Position numbers and translations under genes: made by a program. The notes beneath the pieces were generated by a model. That model searched no databases. It had not been told where the DNA came from and saw only the letters and a program-made list of their open reading frames with translations. A stretch of DNA of 32,000 bases from Ottowia oryzae (lineage in GTDB: Bacteria > Pseudomonadota > Gammaproteobacteria > Burkholderiales > Burkholderiaceae_C), in NCBI RefSeq assembly GCF_003008535.1, contig NZ_CP027666.1, positions 2,892,176 through 2,924,175 of the forward strand, written 5' to 3'. Numbering within the stretch: position 1 is the first letter of the stretch; each line of letters starts with the position of its first letter. This document shows positions 25,735 to 32,000 of this stretch, piece by piece.

Positions 25735-28578
25735 TCAGGAGTTGTCAAGCGGCTTTGCGCGCCTGCGGCGCGTGGGTCTGGCCGGCACGTCCAGCGGCGC
25801 GGCCAGTTGCTGGTACAGGCCAAACAGAAAGGCCACGCGGCTGGCGTCCTCCTTGCCACCCTTGTAGCCGTAGGCGGCATCGACGGCGCGGTCGAGCGCG
25901 GCATGGGCGCGGGCGAGTTCGGCGGGCATGGTGTCGGGGTTGTAGAGCAGCGCCATGCTGGCATGCTGGCCGGCCTTGGCGCACAGGTCGAATTCGCGCT
26001 GGCGGGCGTCCAGCACGGCCTGGGCTGCGGTTTCGACGGCCTGGCGGTGCTTGTCTGCCAGCGGCTGCGGCCAGGGGTAGTTGTTGTAGACGATGGTGTT
26101 GGAGTAGCGGTAGTCGCTTTTCAGCCGCCCGGCCACGGTGCGCATCCAGGCGTTGTGCATGGTGCTGCACAGCATGCCGAAGTGGTACGGGGTGGCGTTG
26201 GGGAGCATGAACACCAGATTGCTGGCAATGACCTCGGCCGGCATGTAGCCGATCGGTACGATGCGGCGCCTCTCTGACGAAACGCTTGGAACCAGCAAAT
26301 ACGGCTTGTCCGTCTGACGTATTTCCCCGAACAGATGCGGGGTCTGGGCTAAAAGTTGAGTGGGCACCTTGCTGCTTTGCATACGCATGGCACGCACCGC
26401 AGCCAGCCGCCGCTTCAGCTCGGGTGATGCGGCCTTGTCCGCAGAAGTCGCCTCAACCAGCCACAGGCAAAAGCGCGACACGTTGTTGATGAATTCATCC
26501 GCCCCCAGAAACGGGGCGATGTAGCGCGCCGCCACCGGATCGGTGGCGCGAATGTGTTCGGCTTCTTCGGCGGACAGCAGCAGGTGCCCGCCATCCGTAG
26601 GCTTGCTGCCGTATGACATTTCAGGCACGCCGTCCTGCAGCGGCTTTCGCCGCTTGTCCAGCAGCACGGTGGGGGCATCGACCAGGTAGGGGTTGAGCCG
26701 GCTGACCACGCTTTCAACGCCCTCGCCGGCAATGTCGTCGCCGTAATCGAACACGCGCACGGGCTGCGCGGGCGGGCACAGGGCAAAACCGATGATGACG
26801 CAATGCACGGCGGCCACGCCGCGCCCTTCGTTGCTCCACTTGAAGGTGCGGTGCGCAAAGTGGATGTGCGCGCCCATCGGCAGCAGCAGCGACCACAGGG
26901 CGGCCACCTGCTCGCCCTGGCTGATGCTGTTGGTGGACACAAAGGCCGTGTGCACAAGCGGGTTGGCCTGCATGTAGTGCGCGGCCTTGAGGTACCAGGC
27001 CGCCACGTAGTCCAGCACGCCCACGCCCTTGGTGTTGCCGTATACCGCTTCCAGGTCTTCCTTCTGCGCCCTGGTCTGGTTGCTGTAGCCCACAAACGGC
27101 GGATTGCCCACGATGTAGCTGCAGTCGCCCGGCGCCAGCACGTCGGCCCAGTCCACGCGCAGGGCGTTGGCGTGGCGGATATGCGGGCTGTGCACCAGGG
27201 GCACGCTGGGGCGGGTGCTGCCGAACAGGCTGGCGGCCTCCAGGTTCATCTGGTGGTCGGTGATCCACAGGGCCACCTGGGCGATGTGGGCGGCGCTCTG
27301 GTCGATTTCGATGCCGTAGAACTGGTCGACGTTGACGCGGCTGAGGGTGCCGATGTCGAGCAGGCCGCGGCTTTGCCCGCCTTTGCTGAACAGGCGCTCG
27401 ATGAGGGCCATCTCCAGCCGCCGCAGCTCGCGGTAGGCGATGACGAGAAAGTTGCCGCAGCCGCAGGCGGGGTCTAGCACGCGGATGCGGGGCAGCTTGT
27501 CGTACAGCGCCTGCAGGCGCGCGCGGCTGCTGCCAGCGGCGTGCAGTTGGGCGCGCAGGCCGTCCATGAACAGGGGGTTGATGGCGCGCAGGATGTTGCG
27601 CTCGGACGTGTAGTGCGCGCCCAGCTCGCGGCGGCTGGCGGTGCGGCTCTGGTCGGGGGTCTGCTGTTCGAGCACGCCCTGGAACATGGCGCCGAAGATG
27701 GCGGGCGAGATGCCGGACCAGTCGAGCCGCACGCAGTCCAGCAGCAGCTGGCGCAGGGTGCTGTCGAAGGCGGGGATGCGGGTGCGCCCGGCAAAGAGCT
27801 GGCCGTTGACCCAGGCGAAGGCAGCCAGGGCTTCGTCGAGCAGGCGGCTGCGCTGGGCGGGGGCGGTGTCGAGCACCTCGAACAATTCGGCCAGGGTGGC
27901 GCCCAGGTCTTTGCCGTCGTCTCGGGTGGCTTCGATGAGGCGGCGGAACTGGCCGTCGTCGCCAAAGATGGCGGTGTCGTCGGCGAACAGGCAGAACAGC
28001 AGGCGGGTGAGGAAGGTTTCGAGGTCGCGCCCGGTGAAGTTGCTGCGCAGCAGGGCGTCGTGCAGCGCGGCCATTTGCTCGGCGGCGCGGCGGTCGGCCT
28101 CGGTTTCTTCGGTGATGACGGGCGGGGTGTCGTCGGTGAGAAAGCGGAACCACTCGGCGTGCCGGGGCAGCTCGGCCAGGGTGCAGGTGTGCTGCGCGTC
28201 CTGCGCCAGGTCGAACAGGGCGAAGCGGCCAAAGTCGTGCAGCAGCACGTAGCGCGGCTGCTGGTGCGGCGGGCAGGCCCAGCGGTAGGCTTCGGCCTGC
28301 TGGCGGGCTTTTTTGAGGTCTTTGCCCAGGCTTTTGCCTTCGACGATGACTTTGCCGGGGATGAAGCCATCCATGTAGCCGGTGCCGCCGTCGGCCAGGG
28401 TGACACGGTATTCGCGCTGGTACTGGTGCGCGGCAATGCCGAAGCAGGCCAGAAAGTCGGCGGTGAAGAGCTTTTCGTCGGCGCGTTCGCTGCTGGTGCC
28501 CTGCCATTGGTGGGCAAAGGCAGCGAGCCGTTTTCGCAGTTCGTTGGTGGTGAGGCGGGTGGCGGCTCTGGCGGGCAT
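25735..28578 (-). CDS. MmeI-family Type IIL restriction-modification enzyme (fused endonuclease, N6-adenine methyltransferase and TRD)
   Basis: 947 aa with these blocks:
- N-terminal D70-X9-E80-X-K82 (YMDGFIPGKVIVEGKS);
- LLFCLFADDTAIFG;
- LDWSGISPAIFGAMFQ;
- LGAHYTSE;
- MTase motif I, VLDPACGCGNFLV;
- motif IV, IVGNPPFVG;
- TRD blocks FAHRTFKWSNEGRGVAAVHCVIIGF, GADEFINNVSRFCLWL and STMHNAWMRTVAGRLKSDYRYS.

From memory, these blocks are collinear with MmeI along the whole length. Confidence 0.9.
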   Translation of the reverse strand: MPARAATRLTTNELRKRLAAFAHQWQGTSSERADEKLFTADFLACFGIAAHQYQREYRVTLADGGTGYMDGFIPGKVIVEGKSLGKDLKKARQQAEAYRWACPPHQQPRYVLLHDFGRFALFDLAQDAQHTCTLAELPRHAEWFRFLTDDTPPVITEETEADRRAAEQMAALHDALLRSNFTGRDLETFLTRLLFCLFADDTAIFGDDGQFRRLIEATRDDGKDLGATLAELFEVLDTAPAQRSRLLDEALAAFAWVNGQLFAGRTRIPAFDSTLRQLLLDCVRLDWSGISPAIFGAMFQGVLEQQTPDQSRTASRRELGAHYTSERNILRAINPLFMDGLRAQLHAAGSSRARLQALYDKLPRIRVLDPACGCGNFLVIAYRELRRLEMALIERLFSKGGQSRGLLDIGTLSRVNVDQFYGIEIDQSAAHIAQVALWITDHQMNLEAASLFGSTRPSVPLVHSPHIRHANALRVDWADVLAPGDCSYIVGNPPFVGYSNQTRAQKEDLEAVYGNTKGVGVLDYVAAWYLKAAHYMQANPLVHTAFVSTNSISQGEQVAALWSLLLPMGAHIHFAHRTFKWSNEGRGVAAVHCVIIGFALCPPAQPVRVFDYGDDIAGEGVESVVSRLNPYLVDAPTVLLDKRRKPLQDGVPEMSYGSKPTDGGHLLLSAEEAEHIRATDPVAARYIAPFLGADEFINNVSRFCLWLVEATSADKAASPELKRRLAAVRAMRMQSSKVPTQLLAQTPHLFGEIRQTDKPYLLVPSVSSERRRIVPIGYMPAEVIASNLVFMLPNATPYHFGMLCSTMHNAWMRTVAGRLKSDYRYSNTIVYNNYPWPQPLADKHRQAVETAAQAVLDARQREFDLCAKAGQHASMALLYNPDTMPAELARAHAALDRAVDAAYGYKGGKEDASRVAFLFGLYQQLAAPLDVPARPTRRRRAKPLDNS

Positions 28579-28595
28579 GGACTTGGAACGAAAAT

Positions 28596-28632
28596 GGCCG
28601 CCAGCGCTTTGCTGGCAAGCGTTGGAAGCTAT
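28596..28632. repeat. REP-like element copy R6
   Basis: The sequence is ggccgccagcgc-tttgctggcaa-gcgttggaagctat followed by ttattcagga. It has the same orientation and flanks as R4 and lies directly upstream of the RM gene. Confidence 0.7.
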
Positions 28633-28646
28633 TTATTCAGGATCAA

Positions 28647-29414
28647 TCAGGCGCGGCCCATGCAGCGCAGGTACGCCAGCACGGTGTCGGCGTAGCCCAG
28701 CTCCAGCGCATCGGCGATGAAGGCGTGGCCGATGGACACTTCGGCCACGCCCGGCACTTGCTCCAGGAAGTGGCCCAGGTTGTCGCGGTTCAGGTCGTGC
28801 CCGGCGTTGACGCCCAGGCCCGCGTCCAGTGCGGCGCGCGCGGCATGGGCGTAGCGCGCGATCTGCTCGGCGCGCTGCGCGGGGTCGGCGTAGGCGGCGG
28901 CGTAGGGCTCGGTGTACAGCTCGACGCGGTCGGCGCCCAGCTCGCGCGCCCAGGGCATCAGCGCGGCGTCGGCATCCATGAACAGGCTGACGCGCACGCC
29001 CAGCGCGCGCGCCTCGGCGATCAGCGGCGCGATGCGGGCGCGGGCGGCGGCGTCGGCCAAGGGCCAGCCGTGGTCGCTGGTGAACTGGTCTTCGCCATCG
29101 GGCACAAAGGTGCATTGCGTGGGTGCCTGGCCGCGCGCCGCCAGATCGCGCAGGAAACCCATCAGGTTCTGCGTGGGGTTGCCTTCGATGTTGTATTCGC
29201 GCCCCGGCCAGCCTTGCAGCAACTCAGCCAGCTCGAAAACGTCGCGCGGGCGGATGTGGCGCTCATCGGGGCGCGGGTGCACGGTGATGCCGTTCGCGCC
29301 CGCGCGCAGGCACTGCTCGGCCGCGCGCAGCACGCTGGGAATACCCAGGTGGCGCGTGTTGCGCACCAGGGCGACCTTGTTGACGTTGACGGAAAGCTGG
29401 GTGGTGTGGGTCAC
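28647..29414 (-). CDS. pdxJ: pyridoxine 5'-phosphate synthase
   Basis: LSVNVNKVALVRNTR, ITVHPRPDERHI and VSLFMD are PdxJ hallmarks. The gene has a GTG start and encodes 255 aa. Confidence 0.95.
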   Translation of the reverse strand: MTHTTQLSVNVNKVALVRNTRHLGIPSVLRAAEQCLRAGANGITVHPRPDERHIRPRDVFELAELLQGWPGREYNIEGNPTQNLMGFLRDLAARGQAPTQCTFVPDGEDQFTSDHGWPLADAAARARIAPLIAEARALGVRVSLFMDADAALMPWARELGADRVELYTEPYAAAYADPAQRAEQIARYAHAARAALDAGLGVNAGHDLNRDNLGHFLEQVPGVAEVSIGHAFIADALELGYADTVLAYLRCMGRA

Positions 29415-29421
29415 GGCGGTA

Positions 29422-30192
29422 TTACGGCAGGGGTGCGGCGCCCTTGGACCGGCTGGACGGCGCCTGCAGCGATTGCAAATCCATCATCAGCTGCCGCGTG
29501 CGCAGCGTGCCGACGCCGCAATGGTAGTGGAGCAGCTCGCGCAGTTGCTGGCGCAGGTGGGCACGCTGCTCGCCGGGCAGCGCCGCGGCCGCCTGCAGCG
29601 TGGCGGTGAGCGGCGCCTCATCGGCCAGCGCGCGGCTGAGCGACAGCCACTGCGCGCCCAGCAGCCAGGCGCCGTCGTCGTCGTGCGCGGCGCGCAGGCC
29701 GCCTTCGGCGACCAGGCGGTAGGGCTGGTCGCCCTTCAACGCGCCCAGCGTCAGGGTTTGCACGTCGAGCGCGGGCAGATGGCCCGCCTCACGCAGCACC
29801 AGCAGCTCGAAAGCGCGCAGCGCGGCCGCGACCAGCGATTCGCCCTCTTGCGCGGCCAGCACGTGCACCAGCGTGGCGTAGGCGTCGAACAGGCGCGGGT
29901 GCGCGTCTTCGCGCGCCAACAGGCGGATGAGCAGCTCGTTGGCGTAGTAGCCCGACAGCAGCGCCTCGCCCGTGGGCATGACCTGGCCGCCGCCCCATTC
30001 CGCGCTTTTCAGCGTGCGAATCTCGGCATCGCCGCTCCAGCTCAGCGAGAGCTGCTGCAAAGGCAATAGCACCGGGCGAAAGTTGGACGAAGGCCGCTTG
30101 GCCCCCTTGGCCACCAGCGCGATGCGCCCGTGCGAGCGGGTGAAGGCTTCCACGATCACGCTGGATTCGCTCCAGTCGTAGTGGTGCAGCAC
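29422..30192 (-). CDS. recO: DNA repair protein RecO (true start probably upstream, see findings)
   Basis: [35 protein letters not shown] is the RecO OB-fold N-terminus. GTG 30192 is the only canonical start, but RecO-like sequence (KRVSHEPAY) continues upstream in frame. Confidence 0.85.
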
Positions 30193-30371
30193 GTAAGCCG
30201 GTTCGTGCGAAACGCGCTTCAGCTCAGGCTCCGACGGTGGGGCCAGCGACCGATGGCATCACCAAGACCTGGCGGACGCCGAGTGCGCGGGACTTGGTTG
30301 ATCGGCCCTGGCCGACGCACGGCGTGGTGCCGCCGGCGCGAATGCGCCATGCGAACGCTGCAGGGCGGCCC

Positions 30372-31391
30372 TCATTCATAGCCGAAGCTGCGCACCCGGG
30401 CCTCATCATCGGCCCAGCCGGATTTGACCTTGACCCACAACTCCAGAAATACCTTGGCATCCATCAGCTTTTCAAGCTCCTGGCGCGCTTCTGTGCCAAT
30501 GCGCTTCAGGCGCTCGCCTTTGTCACCAATGACCATGGCCTTGTGGCCGTCGCGCTCCACCACGATGGTGGCGGCAATGCGCACCATGCGGTTGTGCTGC
30601 TTGCTCTTTTCTTCCTCGAACTTTTCGATGATCACCGTGGAGGTGTAGGGCAGCTCGTCGCCGGTCAGGCGGAACAGCTTTTCACGCACGACCTCCATCG
30701 CCAGAAACTTCTCGCTGCGGTCGGTCAGCTCGTCTTCGCTGTACCACCAAGGCTGCACGGGCAGATAGCGCTCGCAAACATGCAGCAGGTGCGCCACGTC
30801 GCGCGGGTTCTTGGCGGACATCGGCACGAATTCAGCGAAGGGGTGGCGCTCTTGCATGCTCTTGAGCCAGGGCGCGATTTCAGCGCGGCGATGCACGGTG
30901 TCGAGCTTGTTGGCCACCAGAATCGTGGGCGTCTCGCTGCGCAGCAGCGACAGCACCTTGGCATCGCCCAATGTGAAGCTGCCGGCCTCCACCACGAACA
31001 GCACCAGATCCACCCCGTCGATCGCGCCCAGCACCGTCTTGTTCAGCGACTTGTTCAGCGCCGCCGTGTGCCGCGTCTGAAAGCCCGGTGTATCGACGAA
31101 GACGAACTGGGTGCCGCCGCCCTCGCCGTTGGCCAGCGTGCGGATGCCGGTGATACGGTGCCGCGTGGTCTGCGCCTTGCGGCTGGTGATGCTGATCTTT
31201 TGCCCCACCAGCGCATTCAGCAAGGTGGACTTGCCCACGTTGGGCTTGCCGACGATGGCGATCAGCCCACAGCGCTGGGCCTCACCAGCAGCCGCGCCTG
31301 GCGCCAGCGGCGAAGGCGACGAATTCGAGTCCAATTGGCCGCCAGCGCCCTCTGCACCAGCGCCGCCAGCTATATCATTTGTAGCATTCAT
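30372..31391 (-). CDS. era: GTPase Era (with a ~33-residue N-terminal extension)
   Basis: It has the G1 motif [44 protein letters not shown] and NKLD, and a C-terminal KH domain ending [27 protein letters not shown] 31391 overlaps the rnc stop (ATGA). Confidence 0.9.
31337..31373. repeat. REP-like element copy R9, embedded in the era 5' coding region
   Basis: The sequence is ggccgccagcgc-cctctgcacca-gcgccgccagctat. It has the same 12+11+14 architecture as the family, its left arm is identical to R6's, and it shares the loop core ctgcacca with R8. On the coding strand it reads [13 protein letters not shown]. Confidence 0.6.
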
Positions 31392-32000
31392 TTCTGCACG
31401 GATTGTTCCAGCGCCTGCAACATGGCTGCGGCGGCCGCCTGTTCGGCCGCGCGGCGCGACGCGCCCTGGCCGACTTGCGTCAAATTGCGTTCTGCCACGT
31501 GGCAAGCCACTTCAAAGGTCTGCCGGTGCGCCTCACCCAGGATGCGCGTCACCTCGTACTGTGGCAATCGCATCTTGCGCCCTTGCAACCACTCCTGCAA
31601 GGCGGTCTTGGCGTCTTTCGAGGCGGCGGAAAGCGCCGGCGTGATCTGCACGCCCTCGAACAGGCGGCGCACCAGCGCATCGGCCGCCGCATGCCCGCCA
31701 TCGAGGTACACGGCGCCAATCACCGCTTCCAGCGCATCGGCCAGGATGGAGGGACGGCGTTGCCCGCCCGAGCGCAATTCACCCTCGCCCAGGCGGATCA
31801 AATCGGGCAGGCCAAGCCCCAACGCCAGCTGATGAAGGCTGTCTTGCCGCACCAGCTGCGCCCGCACGCGCGACAAGTCGCCCTCAGGCAGCGTGCCCAA
31901 TGCCTCGTAAAGCAAGTGGGCCACGGCGAGATTGAGGACGGAGTCGCCCAGAAACTCCAGCCGCTCGTTGTGATCGGCCGAGAAGCTGCGGTGCGTGAGA
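31388..32000 (-). CDS. rnc: ribonuclease III (5' end outside the window)
   Basis: The frame stays open to the window edge. It encodes the RNase III signature [22 protein letters not shown] upstream of the ORF-track start (31924). A C-terminal dsRBD follows ([20 protein letters not shown]...[14 protein letters not shown]). Confidence 0.93.

Noticed and set aside
26714-28618. A 634-aa same-strand, alternative-frame ORF inside the RM gene, plus the 347-aa ORF at 27474-28517.
   Set aside because: These are Pro/Arg/Ala-rich off-frame translations. The 25735-28578 frame carries all the MmeI-family and methyltransferase motifs.
30193-30371. A possible degenerate REP remnant (ggccagcgaccgatggcatc...cctggcgg) in the era-recO gap.
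   Set aside because: Only the left arm and part of the loop resemble the family, and the right arm and flanks are missing. This is too weak to call.

Overview
This is a very GC-rich chromosomal segment (third codon positions are almost uniformly G/C). Gene content and order look betaproteobacterial, Comamonadaceae-like.

- **Left third (+ strand):** asd (5' end cut by the window edge), fimV, a translationally coupled truA-trpF-trpB-trpA block, and accD.
- **Centre:** a YggT-family gene and a Lon-N-domain gene, followed by an ~8 kb minus-strand glycan cluster. The cluster encodes a Wzx-type flippase, an LbH acyltransferase, a GT4, an ExoA-like GT2, a DegT/PglE-like aminotransferase, a PglC-like small phosphoglycosyltransferase and a PglF/WbpM-like dehydratase. 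No Wzy, Wzz or ligase is visible.
- **Right:** lysS and a short MscS-like gene, then an acyl-CoA synthetase plus small membrane protein module bracketed by inverted copies of a 124/148-nt palindromic MITE/REP-like element, then nagZ. The conserved rnc-era-recO-pdxJ-acpS operon follows, interrupted between pdxJ and acpS by a 947-aa MmeI-family (Type IIL) restriction-modification gene with intact nuclease and methyltransferase motifs.

A second, ~37-nt REP-like family occurs nine times. Eight copies are intergenic, two of them flank the RM gene, and one is embedded in frame in an N-terminal extension of era.

No rRNA, tRNA, CRISPR, transposase or integrase genes were recognised. Many long antisense or off-frame ORFs in the track are high-GC artefacts.
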